From the NCBI RefSeq assembly GCF_018350175.1, contig NC_058368.1:71798001-71862000 (forward strand): 64,000 nt of DNA. Reading direction: 5' to 3'. The notes beneath the pieces were generated by a model. That model had not been told where the DNA came from. It saw only the letters and a list, made by a program, of their open reading frames with translations, and searched no databases. This document shows, in pieces, positions 49,197-62,000 of this stretch (position 1 is the stretch's first letter; every line of letters begins with the position of its first letter). The DNA comes from Felis catus. Taxonomy: Eukaryota. A program made the position numbers and the translations under genes.

Positions 49197-49530
49197 TGTA
49201 GACTGTTCAGGCTGCCATAGTAAATCTCATGGACTTGGTAGCTTATAAACAGCAGAAATTTCTCATGGTCTACAGGCTAAGAATTTCAAGATCACCATTC
49301 CTGAAGACTGTTTGGTGAGAGCTTGCTTCCTGGTTTATATACACCCACCTTCTTGCATGGTCCTCACGTGGTGGAAGGGACAAGAGAGCTCTCTGGGTCT
49401 CAGTCCCATTTGTGAGGGCTCCACCCCATGACCTATAACTCCTCAAAGACCCCCACCTCCTAATACTATCACATTGGAGTAAGGATTTCAGCATACAGAC
49501 TTGGGAGGACACAAACAGCCCATTGCAGCA
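49197..49530 (-). mobile_element. MLT1A-like solo LTR
   Basis: 'gttcaggctgccatagtaa ... agggctccaccccatgacc ... ccccacctcctaatactatcacattgg'. Confidence 0.88.
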
Positions 49531-49573
49531 TATTTTTGTGTCCTAGCCTGCCAGGAAGTTCAAATCTTGACCT

Positions 49574-49806
49574 TTTTAAAAGTTATTATTAAGTTTATTT
49601 ATTTTGAGACAGTGAGAGAGAGAGAGTGTGTGTGCTTGTGTGCATGCAAGTGGGGGGAGGGGCAGAGAAAGAGAGGGAGAGAGAGAATCCCAAGAAGGCT
49701 CCACACTGTCAGTGCAGAGACCAATGTGGGGCTCAAACTCACAAACCAAGAGTTCATGACCTGAGCTGAAGTCAGACGTTTAAGCGACTGAGCCACCCAG
49801 GTGCCC
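49574..49806 (-). mobile_element. Can-SINE
   Basis: Complete element; flanking tcttgacct repeat. Confidence 0.96.
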
Positions 49807-49829
49807 TTAGTCTTGACCTCTTTTAAGGC

Positions 49830-51420
49830 TGGGACTCTGTAAGCTACAGATCAGGCATTAGGGCAGTTTCCCTGGAGGATTTTGTAGGCATCATTGTCAT
49901 ATAGGAAGTACAATCCTTGTTCCTTAATAATGGGATGCTCATCCTCAATTAAATGGGATTTAAATGAGACATTTCTGGAATGGTTACAAATTTGGTTTAT
50001 CCAATTATATCATTACAGATTCTTACTGAATCTATGCAGATAACCACATTGCCATGAGAAGTAAAGGCACTCAGTGGAAGGCACCTTGATAGTTTGGATT
50101 AGTCTTGCAGGCAAAGCCAATCAATATCCAGCATTTCTACAGACTCATGACCTTAAATTCCCTTGTCAATTCAGTAGCTTATAACTTATACTAAGATTTC
50201 TCATAAAGTATTCCCCCTGAGTTCTGAAGGGGGACTTGGAGCAAGACGCCATTCAATGGGTGTTTTCTTGCAATTTGCACAAGATTAGCCTGCTAAATTC
50301 TAGAAAGAAAAGATAGATCAGAATGAAAGAAAAGATTTTGTTTTTTCTTCTATGACCAAAGGAAAAGGGCACTTACTACAATTAAATTACCCTTTTTGGT
50401 TCCATTTAGTCCTACGCAGTTGATTCCTGTTCTTCTGAATCTTGGGCCAGCAGGTGGCTTTCAAAAGTCACCTGCTTCTGGGTTATAGGAGTCCAGGGCA
50501 TTCTATCTCAGTCCTCTGGGACAGTCTGACAGGAAACGATGTTGTCTGACAGTGGCATCATGAGTAGCTGGAACAGAGCTCTCCTGAGGCTGTCATTCTT
50601 TTGAGATTTCTCCCAGAAAGTTTTCAATTCCTACTCTAGAACTTATAGCAAGGACATAAGGGAAAAAAGGAGCCATGTTTGGTGATAGGAGTTAATGATT
50701 GCTGTTAATGATTGCAGTTAATTTATTACAGTGATGTCAAAGAAGACATCAAGGACACTTGATAATGGCAGCAAGACAATTTTTATTCAGTTGACTGCAA
50801 TAGGTGACAGAGATTTCCGAATCAGCTGAGCTCATCCAACTAAGACAAAGGTGACTGAGGTCTTTAAAGGGAGAACAGAGAGGGAATGAAAGGAGGTTCT
50901 GGGGAAGGGAGGAAGGGGGAACGAGAAAGGGTCTAGGAAAGGAATGGGGGAATGGAAAATTACAGAAGAGTAAAAAGAGAATTACCGAAAATGTTCTGGC
51001 AGTGCAGGTGAGGACAATGTACATTTTGCAGTTGGGCAGCATTGTATTTTCTTGAGCAAAAACTCAGCCTGGAGTGCTGGAGTCACCTTTAGAGACATGG
51101 TGAAGTACAAGTAGAAGCCGGGATAAACTTTGGTCAGCACAGTGTTTTTGATGAGCTCCATGTGTCACATGGGAGTTCACAGTAACCAGCCATGAAAGAA
51201 TGGAGTGGAGTCTTCTATTGGAGTATTTCATAGGGATTGATTATCCTGAGAGTAACAACATTTATATCATCAAGGGCACTGACAATTCTCCAGGACTTTC
51301 TAGTCTAACAGGTAAAGAATATTTTAAATACAAGGACATTTTAAATTGGGGGGAGGATCTTAAAATTTAATTTGTGAATAGGCCATTTTTTACTTTTCAA
51401 TATGTGATATCTCTGACTCA
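49830..51420 (-). mobile_element. Degraded ERV1 (MER4-group-like) internal sequence
   Basis: 'cagattcttactgaatctatgcagataaccacattgccatgag' resembles MER4-group internal consensus; no ORF. Confidence 0.5.
50732..51139 (-). mobile_element. ERV1 LTR (MER67/MER31 group)
   Basis: 'gacacttgataatggcagcaagacaatttttattcag ... tgcaatagg ... aaactttggtca'. Confidence 0.7.
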
Positions 51421-51899
51421 TCCTGATAAGTCTACAGTGGTGAAAAAAATTCATGCTAATAACCTAGATATAATTTTACTTGTACCTAGTAATATGGTGA
51501 ATTGAGTCTTTCTTTTTGACTTGATAGTATCCACACTGTTGACTTGGTAAACAAGCTACCTCTACAATAGTGCTGAGTTATTTGAAAATTTGGAGGATAC
51601 CAACCCTGATTGTTTTGGCATCCTTCTTCATCCCTAAGAGTGTTGGGTTCTGGTCCTCCACAAGATTCCCTGCCTTGCTGGCACTCTGTTCCTCATCCAC
51701 ACGCTCTGGCTCTTCCTGGGCCCTGCAGCATTCTCAGGATAGGGCTGAAGCATCTAGTTTCCAAAGATTCCAGACCATTCCTCCTTTTCCAACTCAACTT
51801 TTCACCCTCACCTTTCCCCTCGCATCCTACCCTTCTGTTTTCAGGTCAGCCAACCAAACAGCTAATTCCTGGGGGCCTGTGAGGACAGGATTAGACATT

Positions 51900-52235
51900 T
51901 GTATTAATCATGTCTTTTTATTTTCTGTATTTTGATGCTTAGACATTTTGAGGACTTGCTGACCCTGGAGGGACTGCCTTTTCCAGGGTTGGTTAATTCC
52001 TAGAGATAGCAAATGACTCACCTGTGAATATGCCTTTCACGTGCAAACCAACCAATCCAGAGTCCAGAGCCACCTCTTTTACTGAGTGTTTATACTCCAG
52101 ACCGCTATCTACCTGTCCCAGTCACCCCAGGGCCAGTTACCAGACAATTAGGGACAACCTCTACACCCCAGAGCCTGCTGAAATTATTCAAACTAGCCAA
52201 TCCTCAACCTGCTTACCTTACCTCATGCATTGCTT
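51900..52235 (+). mobile_element. MER74-like ERVL LTR (partial)
   Basis: 'ttgctgaccctggagggactgcc ... aattcctagagatag ... gcaaaccaaccaatccagag'. Confidence 0.85.
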
Positions 52236-52816
52236 CTGAAGGCTTCTGTTGGATGTATGAGGGCTGGGATCTCCTGTTCTGCCATCTTGCTGAAGAATAA
52301 TGTTGTAAGTGCACCGAGAGGCCACGCTGTTCTGTGTCCATCTGGTTCTGTGAACTTTAATGAAACCCAGCTCCTCAGGGCCTTACATTTTGCCTCCATT
52401 TATAAGAATTTTGGATTATATTATCTAATTCTTCAGATTCTATTTTTGGGGGTTTTGAAAAATTTTATCAAAATCTCATGTTTTGAGGGACAATTAGAAT
52501 GTTGCAATTGTAAACAGAAACCAAACAGATGCACTATGTATTTATCTTTGCTGATAGAAAGCAACTGGCCCTGGCTCTCCAGTTTGACTTCCAGAGCATT
52601 CTTAACTCAAGGGCTTACTCTGGCCAATTCCTATTTGAATATCTATTAAAGCAGAGGTCTTTCCTTGATGATTTAATGGGAGGAAATCCTCTTAGCAGAT
52701 TATCTGTTCTCACTGCCCACAATCACCTTGGCCCAGAGCTTGGTGTTTCCCATATTATAAGGGAACTGCCAAATACAAAAGCCTCCAAATAACGTTCCGG
52801 CCTCGCTAAGTTACCC

Positions 52817-53283
52817 TGTGTATTAGTTTCCTAGAAATGCCCTAGCAAAATATCGCAAATTTGGTGACTTAAAACAACAAAAATTTGTTCTCTCATAGTT
52901 CTGGAGGCTAAGAGTCTGCAATCAGGGTATCAGCAGGGCTCTGTTCTCCCTGAAACCTATAGGGAAGTGTCCTTTTCCAGCTTCTGGTGGCTCCATGTGT
53001 CCCTCAGGTGGAGGCAGCATTACTCCAATCTCTGCCTGTGTCTTCTCATGATCACCTTGCCATGTGTCTCTGTCTCCACGTGGCATTCTCTTCTTCTTCT
53101 TCTTCTTTTTTTTTTATAAGGACACCAGTCATATTGGATCCAGGGTGCACCCTAATCCTTACTGATTTCATCTGAACTAATTGTACCTGCAAGGACCCTA
53201 TTTCCAAATATGATCACATTCACAGGTACCAGGGGTTAGGGTTTCAAAATATTTTTTGGAGGGGATATATAATTCAATTACTA
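52817..53283 (-). mobile_element. MLT1C-like solo LTR
   Basis: 'tgtattagtttcctag ... tataaggacaccagtcatattgga ... ccctatttccaaata'. Confidence 0.9.
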
Positions 53284-53330
53284 ATTCCCTGTTTACCATA
53301 AGGACATTAATCTTTCTGTGATACTATTGG

Positions 53331-53461
53331 TTTTTTTTTCAATATATGAAATTTATTGTCAAATTGGTTTCCATACAACATCCAGTGCTCATCCCAAAAG
53401 GTGCCCTCCTCAATACCCATCACCCACTCGCCCCTCCCTCCCACCCCCCATCAACCCTCAG
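53331..53461 (-). mobile_element. Very short 5'-truncated young felid L1
   Basis: Near-identical to the 3' end of the L1 at about 62122-62241; flanked by a tactattg+T-run duplication. Confidence 0.93.
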
Positions 53462-53794
53462 CTACTATTGTTTTTTTTTTTTTTAAGTCACTATTATAGA
53501 GGACAATAAGGAACAATCCTGAGGAATTTCTGGCAAGAACATGAAGAAAAGGAGGGGGGGGAACATTGTCCTCTGATAGTTAAACTATACATAGTGGGTT
53601 AGTGCAGGGAGAACATCAACCTAAGGAAATAAATCAGATTCTAACTTAAGACCCAGCTGCAACCAGACCAACATTGTGTTACCATGTGTGTGTGTATGTG
53701 TGTGTGTTTGATGGTGGACGGTGGATTAGTTAGCTATAGGAGCTGAGGCAAAGGAGAGTACATTACAAATGCAGGTAAAGGAATTTTGTAAATA

Positions 53795-54028
53795 CAGTGA
53801 AACCTTGGATTGTGAGTAACTTGTTGTGTGAGTGTTCTGCAAGACGAGCAAACATTTCTAATAAATTTTAACTTGATAAACAAGTGATGTCTTGCAATAT
53901 AAGTAGTACGTAACATCACATGATAACAACTGAGCCAATGGTTCTTGAAATTCGCTTTGATATACAAGTGCTTTGGGTTATAAGCATGCTTCCAGAACAA
54001 ATTATGCTTGCAAACCAAGATTTTACTA
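53795..54028. mobile_element. Tc1/mariner (Tigger-like) MITE, about 234 bp
   Basis: Left TA + CAGTGAAACCTTGGATTGTGAG; right end reverse complement TAGTAAAATCTTGGTTTGCAAG (16/22 match). Confidence 0.8.
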
Positions 54029-54129
54029 TTAGAATGCAGACCCATGAAGGGGAGCGTCTTCTATATACTCCTGAGGTTGTAGGTCCTGAGCCCCATGTCC
54101 TGGGAAGTGGTAACAGAGTAATTAAGATC

Positions 54130-54305
54130 CAGAGAGTCCCAGGTTTATGTCCTTGCTCCCTTTCTTCATAGTTGGATGACTTTAGACAATTTATTTAACC
54201 TCTTGAAGCCTCAGATAGCCTGTCTTTACAGTGGGCATGGTCAGACTTCCCTTTGGTTGATGGCGTAGATAGAGCATGTGGAGTGGCAGGTGTGTAGTAA
54301 GCGCT
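54130..54305 (+). mobile_element. MIR
   Basis: 'gatgactttagacaatttatttaacctcttgaagcctcag'. Confidence 0.65.
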
Positions 54306-55848
54306 AGGTTATCAGAGTGCTAGCAGTTACCACAGTAATGATCATATAGCAAGCATGTGTTAGGACTCTGGGTGCAAAAGGCAGAATCAACTTAGTCAGA
54401 AGCTGGGAAGTATTGGTGACTACAATAGGGAATCAGGGTCATGAAAGTCACCAGGACTCTGTGCCTCTGTGGATTATTTGGGACAAACTTTTATAAAATT
54501 TTATTGCCTGGGTAAGTGAAACGAAATCTTTTTCCTCAGTCTTAGGCTGGGTCAGTGAGCTTTAATCCTTCTCTCTGCATCCAGCTACCTACCCCTCTAA
54601 GAAAAAAGGGTGAGGAAAATGAATATTGCTCTGCTCACAGAAGGTTTACAGCAAGGATAACTTTAATTATTGAGAAGTTAAAATGATCTCATGCAGCTCC
54701 AGTTTTCTCAGCACCACACAACCAAAGGATCTTTATTTATATACATGGTTCTCATTCATTATTTGCCTAGGTTTTGCTCTCAGTGTCCCAATTTATCACT
54801 ATGTTCTGAAGCTTTCAGTCATAGTGCTTTAGATGTTCCCCTGGGCTCTGAAAACGGAATCGAGCGGTCTTCTCCTTTTGTTTCTCTGTTTACTTTACCA
54901 CCCAAGGCTTTGTTTTGGACTATTAAACAGTGTATGCAATAGAACATTTCCACAGGAAAGATGAGGAAAGATAAACTACACTGGGATTTATCTGTTTTCA
55001 ATTTTGCTGTGACTTCTTTTGTCTTTGCTCAATAGCATTTCTTGCTTTTGGTGAGAAATGGAGCTGGTAATAAATATAGTCTCATGGGAAAACGATATCA
55101 CATTATCTAGCCCAAACCAGCAGATGCAGCTAACTTCCAAGTTACTATATGAAAAGCATTCTTAGCTTTGGTTTTCACTCCCTTTGGCTTTCACTTATGG
55201 CTATTTCTGGAGGAGATGGAATACTGTTCTGGAATTAGTAGACTGAGAAAATTATCTGATTAATATAGTTATTTTGTTTCCTGAGAATTCTTTTCTATGT
55301 ATTTGTGGGATATAAAAATATCATAAACACAAATGTGATTTATAGACATAGTCACAGATGCAGATGTGAATGCAGGTTTGGTAATCAGCACTTCAATAGG
55401 TGGACCTAAGAGCATAGTGAGATGATAGTGTTTGTAACCATCATTGTTCTTATACCTGCTTCGGAGGTTTGCCGTATTACTATACAAAACCCCATTGTGC
55501 CTGCTTTCCCCTTCTAACCATTCCGGGTTGCTTATGACCCTGACAGGAGCTGTGGAGAGAGAGACATATACACTCTTTTCTAGTCCTTTGTCCAGACTAG
55601 ACCCAGGCCATTGTGAGTGGAAACTGGCTTGGGTGTAATTAGTTGGCTGCTATGTTTGCAGGCCAACAGAACGATAAGTTTTTACTCTCAGTACCAAAAA
55701 AATCCTGTTGTCTGTAGTAATTTCTAGTAGCCTCAGTCCATTCTGGAATTTAGTACTCTTAATTCACATGGGATATAATGAGATATCTTAGCATAGATTT
55801 TGATAATGCTTAGAGCTTCTGCACTTAGACACCACTGGCCATTGATGG

Positions 55849-56405
55849 TATCAAATGAAAAAGCAAATCTATACTTAGCAAGGAGACACTTTCTTCTAAA
55901 GGTTTGCAAGAGTGGGAGAGAAAGCTATTAACGTCGTTAAGTGTCTCAAGAGTCAGGCAAAAAAAAAAAAAAAGATTTTTCTTTTATAGGGATGAATAAA
56001 TGAGGCTAGGAGGACCGGGTAAGGGAAATGGTTGGATAACAGATCAGAGACTATTTGACCCTGAGGCCAGCCTGTTCTCAGAGGGGCTGTGTGCTGCTCA
56101 GGCAGAGGGTGGGCCAAAGTTCAGGGGCCTGGAGGAAGGACTTAACCAAAGTTTGGTTGAAAAGCATTTTGTTCCTGTTCATCATTGGGCGTAAGCAGTT
56201 CAGCTAATCTTTTATGAGGCCAACAGTGGGGATTGCAGGGTGTGGGTCTGGCCTTGTCATAGGTAAACAAGGGGAACATCCGTGAGTCTTATCTAAGTCA
56301 CATGAGGAAGGGGAGGTTCTTTGTAGGAAGTCACAAAGAGTGAGGGCATTCCTTAACCTTCAGTTTTCCGGAATCACTGGGCTCAGGTAAAATCCAATAT
56401 CATCA
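55849..56405 (-). mobile_element. ERV1 LTR (MER90/MER89-like)
   Basis: Reverse-complement start 'tgatgatattggattttacctgagcccagtgattccggaaaac'; 'gtgagtcttatctaagtca'. Confidence 0.75.
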
Positions 56406-58789
56406 ATGGTTGTGCTTATAAGTGATCTGGTATCTTTGTAAGGCCGGTTGCCAGGTTATGCTCCAACTCAACCTGGGAGAAGGTAAATGCCCACCGGCCA
56501 TGGCAGAAAGACATCATGAGGGAAGTGAAGCCCAGTAGTGTTTCAACTTGGGAGAGGCTTCTGTTTAGGGAGAAATATCGCTTTGGAAACAGAGTTTGTT
56601 TTTCCTTTCCAAAGCAATCTTTTTCCTGAAACTCGAGGAAGGAGCAGACTAAGACCTTCTGTTCTTTGCAGAAGAAGAACAAAATCATGTTAATAAGGCA
56701 ATTTTAATAGAGAATTACAAGTGAGGCTTAGATGGGGAGTGGGTGGTGATTCCAAAGCTGAAATTGGGTATCATGGAAGGCAGGTTTTATTTTTGTTTTA
56801 ATTTGGTCTATGTTTGGTATTGCTCATTTATGATGTCCATTTCTGGTATGCATTTGCTTGCATTTACTCGATTTCTCGTATGTACAATAAATGTGGTGGT
56901 TCTGCATGTATTCTTAGTTGTTAAAACCTGCCCTGCCCTGGCTTTGATGTATTGTAGAAACCAGCAAGAATTCATCTCACAGCTAACAAAATCAGAGCAT
57001 AGTCCAGAAGACAAAATCCCCTTCTTGGATTTGCCCCATCTCGCACCTGTGACAGGAATAGCAAACCAGGTTGAGGTCAGCTTCTATCATCTATCTTAGG
57101 ATTTGTGCTTCCAACATCATAAACTTCAAGTGACACATACAAATTCTAAAGATAACCTGATACAGTCCTTTCAATATATGTGTATTTCATAGACTCTGTT
57201 TCATGCAATTAAATAAGAAAATTATTTTATAAGGAGGGCTTTTAAAGCTCCAGTGTATATGTTGATTACTAAGCAAAACTTGAAAGCAAACAATAAAATT
57301 GCAACCCATCTTTTATATTTACACGCATTGTAAGAGATTTTTATATGCAAGATTTTTGTAAAACTGGGTGGGACCTTTATTCTGGAGTCTCTCTGTATGT
57401 GGCTATCAAAGGCATCATTTTATCCTTTTTCCCTTTCTTTTTGTGTTTTGTGTTTTTTGCCTAGTACGTTTAATCTTTCATATCCCCTAGCTTCAGTATA
57501 CATGAATTGATGATTGAATAAATTAAGGATAAGCATACTGTTCTGTTCTTCTAAAACCTGTATTTATTGCTGTGATTTATCTAACAATTTACATAAAGTG
57601 CTAGTTAGTACAGCTGAAATTATTAATTCTTCAGAGAATGAGATGTTCAACTATTTCCACAGCTCCAGGCAGTTTTTCCACATTGAAATGCAGGAATTAC
57701 ACAGACCACAACTTGGTTTTTGAATTAAAATGCATCATTGATGCTAATTTTAAGGAAGTCTCTATATTGTACTCCTATTTAACCAAACATCACATTTCCT
57801 CATTAAAATATCAGCATCCATAATGAAGTACTTTGCTTTATAATTTAAAATGCCCCACTATGTTGAAGGCACATTTGAACATTTAAATGTAATTCTGCTA
57901 ATGTACTGATTAATTTATGTTATTCTCTGCCACTCACGTGGCAGATTTTAATTGCAATTAGTTAGCTGCTGTTGGGTCTCAGCATGCTGAAGGCTAGGGG
58001 AAAGCCTGATCGCCGTGCAACAATTACTGGGACTTTCGAGCAGGGCTGGCATTGGTGGGGGGTGGGAGGGTGGGGTGGGGTGGTGGCGGGACAAGAAGAA
58101 CCATCAAAGTTGTGAATCCTTATTCTCCTGGTAATAGCTATGCTTGGGGGGTCATAGTTTGCTCTGAGGAAAAAGCCAAATAAATGGGAATTATCTGAGC
58201 ACCATAATGCAATTAAGCTGTCACAACTTTGGGGACTGATCTTTTGTACACTTTCCACGTCCCTCCGGCTGCTTGGGGGTTGCTGTAGCAGGGAACGTGC
58301 TCTCACTAGCCTCCTGAGCTTTTGATGTGTGTAATGTACAGCTGTAACAAGGCATGGGGTACAACACCCGTCTTTCACTCAGTGTTGTTGAGCTACACAT
58401 TCATGTAATTAATTTTAAAAAGCCATTACTTGATCTTCATAAATATGCCCAGGATTCACATGGAAAACCTCAAGGGGAATTTTCTCAGGAGGATGATGAT
58501 AGGTCCAAAATGCAGTTTCATTAGGGTCTACTACTTGTCTATAAATGAGGCTCCCCCCCACAACTTCATCCTTTATTTTAGTGGCTGCTATTATTACCAG
58601 CTGCGCTGCCATATTATGCAGAATATCTGCTTGCTTACCCCACAAACAAACTGCCTTGGTTCAATGAGTTATTTGTAATGCTGTGCTAAGCTTTGCAATA
58701 TATTGCTATAATTTAGTTTAAAGTACTTTTTGGTTCTTGTGCTGGTTATGTCTTAACTATTGGGCACTTATGTTTAGCAATAAGACGAA

Positions 58790-58940
58790 AACATAGGAGG
58801 GAGCTCTAGGCCCCTTGAACCTGGGTTCTAGTCCTGTATAGGACCCACGTTCAAGGTCTCTCTGGACTTCTGTGTGCTCAGCTTTTGGGTGGGGATAACA
58901 AGGAATGATTCCTAGCTCAAGGTTGTTTTGTGGGGCATAT
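58790..58940 (+). mobile_element. MIR (degraded)
   Basis: 'gaacctgggttctagtcctg ... ggggataacaa ... aggttgttttg'. Confidence 0.5.
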
Positions 58941-59244
58941 TACACATACAAGGAAAGGAGTTTTGTAGAGATTAGATTGCAGTGTTTAAGGCTTGATGTT
59001 ATTGTAGTGTTTTACTTTTGTGTGTGTTTTTTATTGTTCAAGTGATTTTAACTTATAACAAAAATGCTGTCAGAAAGAAATGAAATTAGAAACCCTTTCT
59101 TCTCATTCTTTAGTACATTGTTTCTAATAACTCTAATAAATGGGGTAAAGTTAAACAGGAAGAGTTTTAAGTGGTGAAATGGTAGGGTATTCAAAAGGGA
59201 TTATGGAAACTGAATTTACCCCTTGTTCAATAAAATGCAACAAG

Positions 59245-59692
59245 ATTGCAAGCAATTCCCAAATTTCAGTGGCTTGACAAAATGGCTTCAGTGGCTTGAC
59301 AGGGACCCAGGCTAACGGAGACCCTATTTTTGTCGTTGCTTAAAAAAAATTGTGGCAAAATACACATAGAATGAAATTTGTCATCTTAACCACTTTTAAG
59401 TGCACAGTTCAGTGGTATTAAGTCCATTCACATTGTTGTGTTGCTCAGGGACTGTATCTGGACATGTTTCCAAGGACACCAAGACAGGAAAAAGGGATGT
59501 GGGGAAATGTGTGCAGGCCCTCTGGTGCTTCCCCCACAAAATGATGCAAGAAACCACTGCTCATATTTCATTGGCCCCATCAAGTAATGTGGTCATGCCT
59601 GACTTCAGAGGGGGCTGGAAAGTGCATCCTCGTGTCCCCTGAAAGGGAGGAGAATTAGAAATAGTTGGTGAGCAACACTAATGTCTACTACA
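59245..59692 (-). mobile_element. MLT1K/L-like LTR with an embedded L1MB-like 3' fragment (about 59345-59440)
   Basis: 'cagggacccaggct' and 'ctgctcatatttcattggcc ... ggtcatgcctgacttc'; L1 motif 'aagtgcacagttcagtggtattaagtccattcacattgttgtg'. Confidence 0.75.
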
Positions 59693-60518
59693 CTCTTTCT
59701 CTGTTGAATTTAGTAAAATAGGTCTTCGGCCCCTGGGAAGCTGACTAGCTCCTTACAGCCTGGAGAGGGGTGTTAGGGCACAGCGAGGGTGGTTTTGAAG
59801 ATAGGCACTGTCTTCCTAATTAAAGAGGTATCTTCATCACCATATACCTCTGCTATGCCCTTTGGTTACTTCCATTTCTCCTGCATCCTTGGCTACTCAA
59901 ATTGAGCCTGACCTTAAGGTCTATTCCAGACTTTGTGTGTGTGTGAGAGGAAGTCCAGGCAACTCACTCTTTGGCTCAGAGGCTCATTCACTCACTCTCT
60001 CAAGACTTAGTGACCAAGCTGTCTGGCACTGTGCTGGGTGTTATGGTATAAGAAGAATATCATATTAAGGGGCCTTTAACCCTTGGTTTCTTCCCTGAAC
60101 ATTGTATAGTCTTCCTTTACTTGCCTTTTGTTCATTATCCCAGGCCTTAGTTTGCCTTGTTTTGTTGTAACTGCTTCCTCCTTCTGCTTCCCCTCCTTCA
60201 GGAGTGGAAAGGAAGTTTGTTATTTGGACCCCAGCTTGGCTTCATATTTTCACATCCCAAGTTAGCCCCACTTGGCTTTGGTCCCCAGGATGCTGGGGTC
60301 TTAATGATGGTCTCTGAGAAGGGACTATGGGTTTTAGTCTTTTTTGATCCTCACTCTATTTTTATAGGCTCTGATATTCAGACTTGGTGGCGGAAAGGAC
60401 TTTCCAAAAACAATAGTCCTCCATTCAGGGAGCATAGCTTAGGTGAAGGTCCCGAGGCAAGTGAACATGCTGTGTTTGTGATATGAAAGAAATTTAAATG
60501 GTTGGTGCTGGGTGGTGT

Positions 60519-60651
60519 AGGGCCATTGTATATGATTGGGTGGGTTGTGCACTGAACAATCATGGGGGTGGTTTTGCACCATAGTCTTTGTGATTGCCCC
60601 TTGTACCCTGGAGTTGGGCAGTGACAGCCTGTTCAGCCACACACTGGCCCC
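60519..60651. mobile_element. MER91-like hAT MITE
   Basis: Palindromic arms 'ggttgtgcactgaacaa' and 'gagttgggcagtgacagcc'. Confidence 0.6.
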
Positions 60652-60719
60652 AGGGGCTTAGACAAAAAGAGAGAGAGAGAGAAACAGAGTGGGAGAGAGA
60701 AAAGGAGGTAAAAATGGTG

Positions 60720-60990
60720 GCTGAGAGAATCAGACTTGCCAGATAATGCAGAGACTTGCAGCCATGTTAAAGAGTTTGGAATTCCTCCAAAGGAAGGTCA
60801 AGCCAATGGGAGGATGGAACTGAAGCAGGAACTGGGTGTATGAAGGCTGGATTGGAGAGGAGCCACCCTAGAAGTGGGGAAACTAGTTGGGAGAGATTAT
60901 GTGGCCCACCAGTCTAGAGATTGTGTGGATCAGGGTCCTAATGACAATGTGGCTGGAGAGAATGAAAGACTTGAAAGACATACAGAAAGT
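60720..60990 (-). mobile_element. L2 fragment
   Basis: 'gccatgttaaagagtttggaatt ... ggctggattggagagg'. Confidence 0.55.
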
Positions 60991-61618
60991 GGTATCACTA
61001 GGACACCATAAGCCTGGCCTTGCTTGGACACATTCTCCTTTCTACAGACATTTTATTTAGTTGCTTTACATGCATGTTCTGTTTCACTAATTCCATTTTG
61101 ATCATTATACAGACTGGGATTGCATGTCTAGTTTCTTGGCATACTTGAATATTTGGACTTATAAAATATTCAATAAATGTTAACTGACTCATCATCAATT
61201 CACTTGTCACCTGATCTGAACTATCATGCCAGAAACCCAGTCTCCTGTGTTTGGTTGGAAGGGATGACCAAAGAGAGGTACCAAGGGGACAGGTGCTTCC
61301 CTGAGAAGCATTTCCAAGAGGACTGATACACTGGCAGCATTTCCCTAGGCTACCAGACAGACAGTATTAAAATGATGCTTCTAGAGATTTATAGATACTG
61401 TCACTGGGGTTATTTATCTTGATGCATTTTACTCACTCACCCAAAGGGTCAGTTCATCAAACTCTGAGGACTCCTCCAAGAGAAAGGTTGTAAGGGATAT
61501 AGAAATGCAAGCCATAGTCTCTGCTCTGAACACTTTATATTCTGTCAAAGCAGATTTCCTAAGGAGCAAGACAGAAGCATATGGAAGAGATAACCACATA
61601 ATACCCTTATTTCCCTCA

Positions 61619-61998
61619 CATATTGGTTTCCTGTTGCTGATGTAGCAAATTGCCACAAACTTGGTGGCACAATACACATGTATTGTCTTCTGGTTCTATA
61701 GGTCAGAAGTCTGATATGACTTAAAATCAAAATGTCAGCAGGTCTGTGTTCCTTTCTGGAGACTCTTAGGCAGAATGGTTTCTTTTCCTTCTCCAGTTTC
61801 AAAGGCTGCATGCCTTCCTTTGCCTGTGGCTTTGTCCTCCATTCTAGTGCCGGCAACTTCACATCTGTCTCCAACCCCCATTTATCGTCACATCTTTCTC
61901 TCTTCTTCCTCCCTCTTCTACTTTCAAGGATCCTTGTGATTACATCACTCCTATTTGGATAATCCAGGATAGTCTGGGTCCATGCCAAGGTCCCTAAT
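61619..61998 (-). mobile_element. MLT1D-like LTR truncated by the adjacent L1
   Basis: 'tattggtttcctgttgctgatgtagcaaattgccacaaac ... caaggatccttgtgattacat ... ggataatccagga'. Confidence 0.85.
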
Positions 61999-62000
61999 AT

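Noticed and set aside
1586..49796. Recurring ORFs such as 'MAQSV...SAQVMIS...' and 'RERERE...'
   Set aside because: Translations of Can-SINE copies, not a gene family
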